Source: Takakia lepidozioides (Eukaryota > Plantae > Bryophyta). Taken from it: a stretch of 64,000 bases of DNA. A program made the position numbers and the translations under genes. This document shows positions 39,456 to 53,013 of the stretch, in pieces (positions within the stretch are counted from its first letter, which is position 1; the number at the start of each line of letters is the position of its first letter). The notes under the pieces are model-generated. The model made no database searches. It was not told the origin of the DNA and saw only the letters and a list, made by a program, of their open reading frames with translations. The DNA is taken from contig CM060734.1 of the NCBI GenBank assembly GCA_030704615.1, forward strand, positions 38,688,001 to 38,752,000, given 5' to 3'.

Positions 39456-40539
39456 TCAGCCTCAGTGAGGACATAAGGGGCAGGAGGTCGCAACCCGGTA
39501 TGCGGGGCTCCACCTAGTGAGCGCCTCCGCCTCCTTGAGTGCCTTGGGCACTCAAGGGTGCTTCAGCCCCCGTACCCATTGTTGCCACTGCCCCCACCAC
39601 AAGGGCAGCCCCTCTTGTGTCCCGATCCCCTGCCCTCAAGGCAAAGGGCCGCGACAAAACGGCCACTGCATCATGAAGAGAGTCGAGAAGAAAATAGTCT
39701 TGTGTCGTCATGAACAAATTGTTTTCGACTTTGAACTTATCGATAACGTGGCTCAATAAGTGTTCCATGCCACTATCTATGTGCGAGAAAACAAGAGCGG
39801 CTACACGAGGATCTGAAAGAGAATGGCTCAAGCTGTACAACTCACCCTCAACATTGGCAGTCTTTTGTTTGCCGAGTTTTGTGCCTACACCTCTTGTGTT
39901 CTTGGCTGTAGATGCATTTGCGTAGACATGTTTAATGACCTTTTCTGATTGCTTTAGATGGGAAGGTGGACATATTTATGGCATCCAATATAAAGTTTGA
40001 ACCCAAAACCATTGGTGAGGCAACATGTGCTTTTACAATTGGATTATATGTTGGTTTGATGCATCTTAAATGTATGGCTTGGTGAGTGGAGGTTGCTAGG
40101 TTGATGATGGCTTGAATGACATAGCGGTCGAGGTTTTGGTCATGTGAAGAGGGGCGAGCTAGGTGATTGCGGAGGAAAAATAAGGAGGTAACATTGTTGG
40201 TGAAAATTTAATGAGGTGGAGGAATCAATGGAGCACGTTGGATGCCTCGTATATAGCCATAAGTTCGGCTCGGAGTATAGTTGGGGGCCTGGTAGGCGGT
40301 GTGATGTTCCTTGGTTAGTAGCAGCTTGCAATACTTCATACCCTACTTCAGAGTCGGCTTGAGATCCATTGGTGTTATAGTGTGGGTTGGAGGGGGAATA
40401 CTGGAGTGCTATTCTATGTGGATATGTAGGAAAAGTTGGTAGCACTGGGGGAAGAAGATCTAAGCAAGGACGCAGAGGCGCCGTTGCCCAGGATGGTATA
40501 GAATTGTGCTTCACCAAACACAGCGGATACGGTTGGTGC

Positions 40540-41915
40540 GACATATTCATCAAGAATTGAGGCATTTTGGGATACGATGCACCCACAGTCTACTGCAATG
40601 ACATTATTATGGGTGACGCGATATACACACATAAATGCATCAATTCGTGGCTAGGTGCATGTCGTGTGACATGATGCATGCTTCGTTCAAAGCCCCTACA
40701 TCACAATCGCATCATCTTCTTATCATGAGATTACCTACAGTTGGAGTCTTGACTTTGCCTAACAAGGCTAGTGAAGGGGCTCCGTATGCATTTCTAGATT
40801 GTGTGCTTAGTCAATTTGGTGCTCCAGCTGAGATACTGACGGACCAGGAGGGAAAGTCTTTGGGGAAGTTTTAGATGTTGTACAAAAACACCTTAATAGA
40901 CCACCACACCATTTCTTGGGATCATCCCGATGCCGATGTTCTGGTAGAGAGAGAGAGTTGTACAGATGGTTAAGAGGGGTTGGCGCAAGTATAGTTTGCA
41001 GAAGAGACAACTTGGAGATTGGGACCTTAAGCTGCCTTTGGTTAGCCATGGGCTATAGGTTCAGTAAGCGGACATCACTTTGTTTCATTCTCGTCATATT
41101 TCCTCTTTTTTGGCCGATAGTGTAGTTATTCGTAGAGACATTACTATAGTCCCTAACCTTGACGATTCGAACGTATGGACACGTGCATGTGATCAGCACG
41201 CTGAGTTGTTCAAAAAAGTCATCCCCATGGTTTTTTCGAGAACCTTGTTATCCCACAACACCGTGATATATTGAGGTACGTTAAATTATGTTGAGGTATG
41301 CTACTATGCGTAATGGAGGCTATCGGCATGGGATCTGGAGGTTTAACATTGATGACTATGTTCATTTGCAGCAAATGGCTTCTCCGACCTTGGATGTCAT
41401 TACATGACGTATTATTCTGAGGGTTCGAGAGGTATTGCCATCGACATGAGTCTTGATCTTGGAGGGTCGAGATAACATGACTTGGAATAACCATGTACAC
41501 AATTGCGCACCATGTTACTTTCTCAATGTTGATGGTAGGATTGACCAAAACTTGTAGTGGTACAACGTACATGTAGGTTGGAAATGCATGTTGTGTGGGT
41601 GTGATGAAGGAGCAATCACCATACTGGTGTGTGATCAAAGCTTAAGAAGTTGACACATTAGATATTTAACACCACCTCTTAAGAAGGTTCATAATGGGAA
41701 TTGGTTGTATCCACGTTGCATTGAACTGTGGTAGTGGATACAACCATGGAAGACTAACAAGAAACACAAGGCCAATCTAACAAGAAACACACGGTCAATC
41801 TATTATATCAAAACCAATACACGAGATACCTAGCTTAAGTTTACGGATTGCAAGAATACGACTATGATGGGGCTTCTTTTGTACCTAACATCTTGATCTA
41901 TCGAGTTAGAATATA
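40540..41915 (+). mobile_element. Older, heavily degraded relative of the DNMT-Gypsy family (integrase, PHD, 3' UTR only)
   Basis: QFVARCMSCD..., LPNKASEGAPYAFLDCVLSQFGAPAEILTDQEG and a PHD remnant (CMLCG...LVCDQ...WLYPRC), collinear with 28480-29900. Confidence 0.85.
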
Positions 41916-42029
41916 ATATGAATTGTGATGGAGAACCTAAGTCGGAAGGCAGTGCACTCCCTTTAAGAAGAATCGCAAAGTTCACAAAGCTTGTCTAGAT
42001 GATTTTGCCATATTGGTCATAAAAAATTA

Positions 42030-42300
42030 AGTGTAGAATCAGCTTCAGATGATGGCACTTTGGTTGTGCCCTAGGATAGTCTTTCCATCGTGTAAGATTT
42101 ATACAGGTAAAGTACTGCCATGATTAGTGTCCAGAGTGCACAACACAACACCATGCCATGTGTACTTGTTTGTCAAGAAATGTAAGTTTTGATTTATGGA
42201 TGTTTAAGGGAGCACATGACACACTTGTTCTTGTCATGAATTTCTTGATGGTTGATTGGAAGACCAACCACGTTATAACAGTTGGCATGTTTGTTTCTTC
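42030..42300 (+). pseudogene. hAT-like transposase fragment
   Basis: SFDLWMFKGAHDTLVLVMNFLMVDWKTNHVITVGMF resembles the hAT D-x-W first catalytic block. Confidence 0.6.
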
Positions 42301-43667
42301 TTGATCGTCAGTAAACTACTTTTTGTGATTATGATTAATAGATGAGTCACTTATGCTTCTCTATCAATTTTGGATGTAGACATGATGTTTGAAGATGCGA
42401 CAATATTTAGGGCTCGAATTCATATGTGTTATGGTTGGCAAACACTTGCCCTAATGGCTTAACACTTGACACCTACATCCACTTACAAAAAATGAACCCA
42501 ATTCACCCTAGATATGGGAGATTATAAGATTTCTATTGTGCAATCTATAGAGGTTGTACACCAGCACGACAATTGTGAAAACACCCTCACCCATTGCCAC
42601 GGCGTGGAATTCAATATTATTGAGCTCCTCAAATATGTTCAACTGTGATAAAGTTTAGGTCAAATTATAGTTGAGTAATGTTGAGCTCATCAAATCGATT
42701 TTTCAAATTTGTGATAAAAAATAAGGTTGGATTAATTAGAGCTTGCCGAGAATATGTAGTAAGCCAATGTGTAGGTTGCAAGAGGTTGAAGCAACATCCC
42801 CATGTTTTAGCCTTCTATATTTCGAGATTTAAAGGGCACACAGATTTTTAACTTCGTTATTTATGATGGTTTTTCATTTTTTGATATTTGAATGGAAACT
42901 TATCTACAATAGATAATCTTTGAACACTAATCTACCATAATAATTGCAATTATTTTCATGATTATTTTTAATTCTTGGACTTTGTTTGATACCCGGATAC
43001 TAAACTCTCAGAGATCATCCAACATAAATTCCATATGTCCAGAACCGTATATCTATGCTTCAGATTTATATATGTTGCCGATCACCAAGAAATAAAACGA
43101 TAAAGCCCAAGACCCCACAAATCCAACAAGTTAGATCTTTGTAATTGGCTGATATTAAAAAAATCAAATGCTACATAATATTTACCTACCTACATATGCA
43201 CTACAATAGATAGTCAAATGGGTGTTTTGTGCATTGCCTATGCATAACATAGATCAATGGTTCTAAGTATTCCAATACACTTGCATAAACAACTCTGATA
43301 ATATCTTCTTTGGTAAGTACATGCATCCCTAGTAGTCTATTGTTTGAATACCTCACTCATCGCAATTCCATACATAAGTCACTTCGTATTTGCGATGTGT
43401 TTGTATATGTGCCAAATATTTTCCATAGAAAGAGAAAATGACCTCTCAATGGATCCTTTGCTATCTTGATCTCCATTGTTTGTGGATGATGGCGCTTTTG
43501 AAATAAAGTCCACCATTCCCTAGGATTCCATTTGTATTGGATTTGGTTTATCAACCATCAAAATTTTCATTCGTTCCTACAACATAGGTGGCATTACACA
43601 ATTATCATGGATTACGAATGATTTTTAATAAAAGTCCACTAATATACAAATATGCTTCTCATTTAAC

Positions 43668-44254
43668 AATAATAGGATCATGAATGCCCGCACATGTGGT
43701 TGCGGTGGGGCCCGCGTGTGGCAAAGGGGTCGCGGAGGGTGGGAGCGTGTACCCGGACCCCGCCAGTCTGCTTGTTGGGTCTGGCCGGCAAGTTGGGGCC
43801 CACAAAACACATGAGCTAGTCTGCTGGGGCCCACAATATGCACATAAAGTATTAGTTATTGCTAAGGTTTGCAGAAAGCGGTGGGTAGTGTGGTGGTTAA
43901 GAGCAATGAATGATAAACACAAGGTGAGGTGTTTAAATCTCGTTACGTTGTACCGTGGCAGTAATGTGTGTTATCAAATATATATTTTGTCGAAGGGTCT
44001 GCCGGTCTGCTGGAGGGGGTTTGCCCAATCTGCTTGAGAGGTGCCAGTCCGCTCGTCGGTCTGGTCTGCTAGAAGGTTGGAGTTGGTCTGTTGGAGGGTC
44101 TGCCAAGTCCGCTAGAAGGTTCGCCACGGTAGATTAGCAAGGTCTTAGAAAAATTTCAGAATCTCGCCGACCCGGTGAATAGGCGGTGGGCTTATGAGCT
44201 CACCCCAAGGGTCATACTGGCGGGGCCCGCCCGTGCATTCATGACCCTATTATT
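43668..44254. mobile_element. MITE-like element with ~23-bp terminal inverted repeats
   Basis: aataataggatcatgaatgcccg ... cgtgcattcatgaccctattatt; GC-rich noncoding interior; TSD and superfamily ambiguous. Confidence 0.6.
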
Positions 44255-45735
44255 ATACAATGAGAGGCTACAAATATCATTAGCAATGAGGGTGGAGATT
44301 ACTTTGCCCAAGAAGGTGCAGCCCAAACCTCCTCTAGATCCCAATGCGGACCTAATTCACATTGCACACACCTACCCTTGGCTTATGTATACCCCCCCCC
44401 CCCCCCCCCCCCCCACAGGATCTAGGCGTATCGGTAATCTAAACACCATCCTCACATAATTGCTCCAAGAAAGCCCACTTTGCTATTTTTGTAATCTCCC
44501 TTGTCAAGGCTTCATATATTGATATTCGGCTTTGCTATTTTTTGCGAATTTTCAGTGACCAAAAGCACTTGAAATTCCAAATCTCCCACATGAAGGGTCA
44601 ATGATTGCTCCAGGAAAGCTCGCTTTGCTATTTTTCCCGAGTTTCAAGAGACTAAAAGTACTTGAAATCCCACATCTCCCACACCGTAGGTCCAAAAATC
44701 ATGAGACCAAGCTGGTGCACCCCTCCTCATCGATGGCTTTCCAACGGTACCAAGCAAGAGGGTTGGGGCCCCGCGGTTTGGGACATCTTAACGCTACAAA
44801 ACAATCAAACAAGCCTCAAACAAAACAAACAAACAAAACAAAACAAAACAAACAAGCCTCAAACGGCAATTGGCTCTCTTGCTTTCCTTTGGCACAACAT
44901 AAGAGGACGGTAAGACTAGGGAGCATGACTCAGCACAATACACCAATCAGCGCTTGACACGGTGTAAGGCACTTTGACCACATTTTCTCCATTGACTTCA
45001 ACATGATGCAAAGTCAAGAGAGCCAACAAACTGGCTTCCTTCATATATTGATACCATGTGTATTGTCCTTGTTTTTGCCCATAATACAGGTATTGCCCTT
45101 ACATTGCATTTGTCAATACCAGCCTATGTAGGGTGTTGACCTAGGTGGTTCGGTTATTAACCTACTATTACAACAGCCAATACCAGCCGGGTCGTTTATT
45201 TCATACCCGGCCAAGCCCCCCTTATCTACCAGTCTAACACTGGTACTTGCTCAACCATCATCTAATTAAAAAATCTCTTACTATGCAACAATACAACAAT
45301 ACTACTGCATCTTCTCTTCAATTGAACAATCGGAACTGAAGGTAATATTAGTAACTACAATGAAACATCAGTTCTCAAACATATGCCCAATTTCTTTTCC
45401 CTCACCTAAACCTGGTCTTCTTGGGCACTCAATGGAGTGCCTGCAATTCTCTGTTGTCCCTCTAAATCTCTGCCTCTAGCAAAAACCTGGATTTACCTTT
45501 AAAATCTTTGCCTGTGAGGTGTACATCCTCACTGAAGACTTCTTATATACAAGCAATTTTTTCAGAACCCCACTCACTGCCTTTTAACTTGACCTTCTCT
45601 GGATATTTCATTCCCCCTCCCCCTTCCCTGCTTCTGTCTCTCCTCTTTGGCCAATCAAAAGCCGTGTGTGTAACATCGTGGAAGAAATGTGTCGAAGTCC
45701 AGTTCATGTTAGCAATAGGCCAACTATTTTCAGCA

Positions 45736-48700
45736 TCATCCAAGGCGCACAGCCATTTCTTGCAGCAGAACTCGCTTCTGGGCAGATGTTATCAGGCCAC
45801 TGCACTTGGCATTTTCCAGTACCTCCACCATTACTGCAGCAGCATGGCCCATGGGTTCTTCTGCTATCCTCTTCAGCATGAAAGCCTTCCACACACAAAC
45901 AGGCCCGATAAGCAAAACAACACCCAGAGAAAGACATTATACGAAGTGAAATGCATCAGCCTTTAACTCTGTATGTGTGCATAGGATGTTGCCTGAGGAT
46001 GTTGCCTGTGAGGTACCCTAGAGGTCAGCGTCCCCTGGGATATTACACCCTGCAGCAGCATATGGCTAGGAAATTGCATTAGAACTGGCAAACAGCAGAT
46101 GCCAATAAGGGAATTGACCGGTTGATGTGTGGGCGGATGTTCACATCATGTTAGAAAATACACATGTATGATTCCAGCAGTGCTGCTCTAGCCCAAATCC
46201 ACCAGAGATATGTCAGCCTCGGGGGAGAGAGAGAGAGGGGGAGAGATGATACACACTTTAGTTGCCACAGGCTGGCCATAGATATTGAGGCCCAGAAAAG
46301 TGGATGAGGGAGGGCATGGAAGGAGAAGAAACCCAAAGCAGAAGGCTCTCTGGGAATTTCACTTGCATTAAGATTGTACTCATAAGACGTTGTTTGCCGT
46401 AGCCTTGTGGCCATTGACCCCGCGCCCAGTTTGAGCGGGAACAAAAGGGACAGAACCTACCTCTGTCAGGGGCTGACGTTGGTAGTGTGACTTACCATCA
46501 TATATAGAATTAATCCGGGTTTTCCAGATATCCTCTAGAAATCCCTTCACACAAGCATCAATCTGCTGTGTGTGATTTGCCCAAAAACTAGGCCTCAGGA
46601 GGGCCTGGGCTTTTGGCTCAGCCTCGAGACTTTCAAAGTTGTTAAACAGGGGTACAGGCACAATTCCCTTGATAGAATTGAAGAGAGCGTCTCTTTGGTG
46701 AGATTTCACTTGCATTAAGAAATGAATCTACAGAATTTCAAAGTCTTGGGTGTTGTATCAAGCCTCCAAATGAGATGCAATGAATAATTCATATGCTTTC
46801 GAAGAGGGCCTCAAATTTATAAGAGTATCCATGCATCAAAAGCAATCTCTAGTTATTTCCAGAAAGTGGGCTCAAAAGGTTCCCTGTTTCACAGACCCCA
46901 ATAGCAAGAAGGAAACAAACTTCAGCATCATGGCATACTAAGAGAGCTTATAGGACAACAAAACACAGAATGGATAGGATACTTGGTCCCCAACAACTAA
47001 CCCCCACCAGAACCGTAAGACTACTACTCCACTCAGGTGGTGCTTTAAGTTGGAGATCATCATGTAGACACTTGGTGCAAGTCGTTTCTGACAACAAAAC
47101 AAGAGGTCCTCGGTCTCCAGTTGGCATGATTAGCACAAACAGGGCATTCATTCAGTTTGCTGCAGCCTGTCCTGACAAAATGTGATCAGACCCTAATTCT
47201 TTCCAAGTGCCCTTAGAAGAGATGGAGATAAAGATGTAGTCTGGTTGGGCTTATCTCAGAGGCCGAGAACAAATCCTCATCAAACTGGACGCTCTCTGAG
47301 CCAGAGAGAGGAAAGAAAAGGAAGGAACTTTACAACATCCACAGGAAGCTCAAAGACCTTATAAGACAAAGGAAAAAAGCAAACAAGACAGAAAAGAGAA
47401 GTGGCGCCTGAATCGATCAGAACCACAACCGGAAACTACATTTCAAAAGATTCTCTAAGGTGCAGAGCCTCATGCACATATGCCGTGAGGAATCTGTGAA
47501 GCACACAGCCCAAAGAGCTCATGAAAGAAAGACTGCAAAATGGAAGGAGAGAAGGATGGACCCATTGACCCTTCCCAGTCTGAAAGCTCCGGGGTTGACA
47601 ATACCTAGCAGCCATAAGAATGTCAACTTAAGCAAGTAGTAAATCCTTGCGGATGTGTGTGTGTGTGTGTGTGTGTTGCGCAAGAGAGAGTGGGCACAAC
47701 AATTAAGAGGTACCTGGCCATGGTGGGATATCTCCAAGGTAGCAGGCTGCTGAATCCAGGGCTCCCCATCTACTTGCACAGGATAGGTTGAGGACATCCA
47801 TACTTTCATGGACTTGCCCTGCCCGAGCCTCCGTGCCCTTGAAAGACCTACCTGTAAATTTCACCCTCCATGCTATGTGAGATCAAAACCCCTACATACA
47901 TGAAGAGTTACAGTTCTGCCGAGGCACATACTATCTATGTGAACATGATAATCTAAATATGCAACTCACTGACAGGTTCCTGCGACATTGGCTGTAAAAA
48001 ATGCTTGAGAGCCCACTCCTTACATTATGAAGATGACCCTCAGGTTTAAACCCCCTAGCTAGGTTATGAGGATCAGCCATAGCAATACTGCAGAGGCCAA
48101 GTGCAGGAATCATATCAATTGAAGGGCAGCATCTGGCTGTGGTTGCCGAACAAGTCATATTCATGTGAGGATCGAAGGAATTCTAGACCTGGAGCTTTCC
48201 GAGGTGCCAGGTGCCACAAATGCCAACAACCTCCAGTAGTTTATCATGCATTGCTTGTGAATCCAACTCATCCTCATGTTCCTCCTCATTTTGCCACAGG
48301 TCCACCCCTCCCATGTAGCTCCCTATATTCACAATAATAATGCCTTCGATATCCTGAGACATGGAAAACGCATTCACAACCAGTTATGGTCTGAACAGAT
48401 AGACTTCTGTTGCCTTCCCTGAAAGACTAGTCTCGTTACGGACAGCAGAGTGATAAATTGCTTCTTAAGCTGATGCCTAAGCCTTCAGCATTTCATCTCT
48501 CCAACTTGTTTTCAAAGTCTAAGGATTCATTTGGACCTTACGATGCACAACTAGGGCTACAGCGAAGCATACCTCAGGAATTTCAATATCAACACCATCA
48601 ACCTCGATACGTAGCTGCCATGGCAGATCTGCACACGTCCTATCCATCACTTCCTTGGCACCCTCCTTGGCGTACAACATCTTGTTCATAAACTGCACTC

Positions 48701-51700
48701 CCAGCAAAAGCGTCAGTACCCAGTAACTTCATGTGTACAGGCCTTTTAAGAAGTATGCTTGAATGTCTCAGTAAATTTCACTGGCAGTTCCCGTGGGTTT
48801 CAAAAGTGACTGGTCAAAGCCTGTTAGGTGGCCTTCAGACAAGTTACATCTTATGCTCAGGCTTCTTCTGCACACACCTACCAATCACATTGTTGATGGG
48901 ATGGGGTGCTTGGGCCTAGGAGCCAATGCTTCATGCATGGATGAAGGTGATACTTGGAGATTCTTGACATCCATTTGATATTTCTTAGCCTGTACAAGAC
49001 AATGCAAGAGGTAGTACGACTACCAATAATCCCAACGGCAACACCATTGAATCCATAGGGCAAGCATATGATAGTTTGGTGGGCAGTAATTAGGTACCTC
49101 ATGGCAGTTCATGCGTACCAATTACAATTCTGTTTCAGTGAAAGGTTGAACTTCAATTGCATGGAGTTCAAATGTGGACATTTGACATTTTCAGGAAAGG
49201 AGTTCAATTCCTGTCACTTTCCTCAAAAATTAAATTCTTTATACAAGGTGACAACAATTCCTTCCAGCAATATGCACCTCATTGATAGTATGCAATTTCC
49301 TAAACATAATGTGAATGCAAGGTAAAATCCCAGAGATGGGACAGTTTGATCATAAGAAGTAAGAGAGATGGAGTACTTGGTTGTAGAACTTCTGAGGACT
49401 CTCCTCCCGAAGCATGTGGATATCCAGAGCCACCTTTGCATCACATCCAATGCCTGTAGATCAGAACAAAGACATACAATTCTCCTCTTTTCCATCAATC
49501 TATTTGTTCCAATTTCCCCACGAGTGTTTCTTCTCAACAACTAATCTACTACAAGGAAAGTTACATTTCTTTCATTTCTTGGAGGAAATTCCTTCAAATT
49601 TACACCTTGCATCACCTGAATAATAATGTGTGCAAGTCTAGACAGGGAGATCGCCCACCTCCCTCACGCTAGTCCACCAGACAACAATAAACGGCCATGC
49701 AGCCATGCTTGACTTTCACGCCTACATAAAGACGTGTCCACTATACCACTCACCATTTATAGCTGCAACTAGGGTAGTTGGAGGCACAAATAATTTGTCA
49801 GCAGAGACAGACAATAATGCATAGGCTTATGCTCCTCCTCTCCTCCTTTCTCCCGCCTCTCTCATCGTGTCTCATTTCTCCGTAATGCTCTCCTCCTTCT
49901 ATTTCAACCCTTTTCCTTTTTTCTCGCTAGAATACCTTCCTAACTTCTATGTGCTCCTTCCAAATTGAACAGTGTCTATAGTGGTATTGAGACTTACCCA
50001 GGTAGTTGTTCATGAACTTGCTTAGGACTTTCGGTTCTGACAGTGGCTCCACCAGCTTGACAGCCAACTTTTCTGTGATAGTGACACGCCACCGATCAAG
50101 CATAGTGACTGCTGAATGGTCAATGTGGTGAAGGATCATGCTGAGACCTCCCTGGCGCTCAACAGCTCCATAGCCACCTCCCCAACCAAGAATCCTTGCC
50201 AAATCGTTGCCGGTTCCACTGGGTAAAATGGCAACTGGTGGTGGGGACTCATAGTTGCGTTTGTCAATTTCGTCCAACACCCACCCTACCGACCCATCGC
50301 CGCCACAAACTAATATTTTGAAGTGCCCAACCCCATTGAAGAGGGACAGCCCGGCTTCTGGCCTATTGTCTGCACTCAGCTCACACACCTACCAAGAAAC
50401 AAATACAGAGACACATGAGAGAAAGGAAGATACTTCAACGTCTACAGGGCCCCAGAGGGCGGAGAGAGAGATAGAGAGACAACGCAGCTGGAGTATAGCA
50501 CCACAACTGCATGCACAGAAGTTGGATACCAACCCTGTGATTACCCTGGTCATCTGAACAGCAGGAGAAGGAGAGTAGAATTTAAAAGAGAGGAGGACAA
50601 AGAACTATCTCACATGATGACTTTATCGTTAGCTTGAGGATTGGATCTATGTCAAAGATTTGGAACTTCTCACATTGGAAGCCAGAGGGGCTGAAGATAA
50701 CTTGATGGAAACTGTTGTGGATCGTGTGTGCATGAGCTATGTGGTTAAAATCCACACCTCAGCCTATTCAGTTACTCTTCATATATATGTCATGGAATGA
50801 ACAAGATTCACTACATCTCAAGCTTTTTATCAAGCAACACTCACAATACAATAACCACAGCAAATAGTTTTTGGAGTTCCATAGTTACCAGCAACTAGAT
50901 TGCCTCAGAGACTTAAGGACGTAGTCTAAGGCTCAAGTCCTTCATCAGCTTCTTTGAATCAGCTTCTTTGGACAATTGAGGATAGAGACAGTTAAGGGAT
51001 ATGTAAGCATACCCACCTGGAGCGGATTCAGTAGCATGTTAAAACGCCGTTTCAATGCTCCACCATGCTGCCCACCACTTTTTCGGTTGATAAACACCAA
51101 GAGCGGTCTCGCATCTTCAGGTAAATCAACTACTACATACCTCGATTTTATACTCCCTAGAATCAGGCCACCTGTCAGGTGCTGAAGATCAGAAGTGCTG
51201 CCATTGCCGTTCATGTGTCCGTTGCTGTTGTTGCTTCCTGAGAACTCTGTCCCTCGTTTCCCTCTCTTCTTGCTCCGTTTTCGAATCTGACCCCTCACTG
51301 ATGATGCAATATCATTGGCTCCCTGCGTTATGGAGCTCAAAATCCCAGAAGACAAGCTTTTCCCACCAAGCTCTCGAACATGCAGGGGTGACAAGAGAAG
51401 CCTCTTATAAGGCCCTAAATCACAGATCTCATCAGATGCTTTTGACAGCTTTGTATGGCATTGAACGTGGACCAACCTCTGGCACCAGACACACCTCCAA
51501 AGGGGTGAGCGTGATCCAAGAAGAACTGTGCCATTGCAGGGTTCTTCACAATGCATGCAAAATGCTGGGTCATCGGCAATATCTTCCATATCCATCCATC
51601 CCTCCACCCAATGGTGCGGTACATGGGACCCTGTCAGAGAAACAGGTTTGCAATCCTTGGTTGCCTGCTTACAGCATGATGAATGGGCTGCCACCCCACA

Positions 51701-53013
51701 GACCACACAGCGATGGACAGAGGTCAGGGATGCAGCTATGGGGGGAGCAAGGGAGCTCAAGCACACACAGCATGTTGTAGGCCCTCCTTTGTGTCCTGAT
51801 TCTTGCTGCCAAGTATGAATTGCCCCCGCATCCCTTACCTTCGCAGTAGATCTGTGTCAAGTACACTGGTACATTAACAATGAATGATTGACAGCAGCAT
51901 ATGAATGGACAACAAAGAATGTGCCAGATCGAAGCTAAATAAAATGAATTAATTAGACCATGCTTTGCATAGCTTTGTGGCCAAACACCATGTTGGTTTC
52001 CCTAGAAAGGGTGAGGGAAGTGCAGAAGAGTTCCCAATTACCATGACTGCAGCTCACTTGAAACACTGGAGTTATTTGTGTATACATATTTTTATAAGCC
52101 TCACTCCAATGGTTGAACTTACCTTTGGTGGGACTTATTCACCTTCCTAAGTTTACCAATATAAGGCCATTGCCAAAATGTTTTAGGATACTGATCAAGA
52201 CTGAAAAAAAGTTCTGGGCTTCATACAAACAGAACTTATTTGACATTGAATTGACCACGTTGATGCACCATGGCAGAAACAACCGGTGAAGCAAATTGTT
52301 ATGGTCATTGACTCTACACTTGTATGGTATGATAGGTTGCTAAGTCGAGAATTTTGGCAAAAGACCTGTCTATGGGCCCATGCATGAACCAAGGCCAAAA
52401 TGGTGGCATAGTGCTGACTGAGAACATGCAGATGACCCTCACTCAGCCACCAGATTTAACTACCTCACTGTTGATGAGCACTGAAAAGGACACAAGTTCG
52501 TGCCAACCTTTTTCGACGAATTGGATAATACTGAGCTTTCTCTAAACTGCAGCTAAGGGGCCCTCACACAAATAAAGGACGTTCTATAATATATTGCAGC
52601 AGGAGAAGTGCTGTTAATGGAAGCCTAAAGAGGCACATCCCAGTTCAGCTGCAAAACTCCAGTTACAAGCAGCCCCTTGGAACCTTTCTGCTGTTCTGAA
52701 GGCTCGATACCAGCTAGAAACACCCTAGAACATATTTGCAGCTGTACATGCCTGTTATGTCCTGTAACGTGCATGTCCGCGGGGAGGGAGAGAGACCAAT
52801 TAGGGAGATGAATTGTTACCTCCGCTTGGCAAGGGCAGCCTTCTTCATCCAGTGGATAGACATCTTGCGTTGCCATTGCACGAACACGTAGAGAAAAGAG
52901 AGCCCTCCAAAGAAGCCCACAATCACCAGCCCCAAAACTTGAGGATTGTCCACATCCACGCTGGGGAAGTGGTATTGGAACAGCTCACGGAGGTCGCGAA
53001 CCGAAGTAATCAT
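45736..53013 (-). CDS. Diacylglycerol kinase with N-terminal TM segment and two C1 domains (plant cluster I, DGK1/2-like), 8 exons: ~53013-52818, 51851-51016, ~50388-49998, ~49455-49380, ~48691-48573, ~48354-48190, ~47851-47714, 45885-45736
   Basis: [21 protein letters not shown]; C1 domains (HTW...CCVC...[14 protein letters not shown]; HHW...CMHC...CVWC...HVQC); [12 protein letters not shown]; [12 protein letters not shown]; [10 protein letters not shown]; SYMGGVDLW; QVDGEPWIQ; final exon AFMLKR...QEMAVRLG*. Confidence 0.93.
46374..46702 (-). mobile_element. 5'-truncated non-LTR retroelement tail in the last DGK intron (copy 2)
   Basis: Flanked by an exact 18-bp TSD ATTTCACTTGCATTAAGA (46356-46373 / 46703-46720); homologous to the copies near 9.0 and 59.7 kb. 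Confidence 0.88.

Larger units (their letters stand above)
37858..39655 (-). mobile_element. Internally deleted chromovirus (Ty3/Gypsy): 5' LTR part, tRNA-iMet PBS, gag-chromodomain mini-ORF, PPT-like tract
   Basis: LTR ends ...CACA at 38426, followed by PBS TGGTATCAGAGC (38423-38412); ORF ends YLVKWKGYHQVETTW...PRKRKKR; purine tract ggggaagga at ~37866-37858; no 3' LTR seen. Confidence 0.8.
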
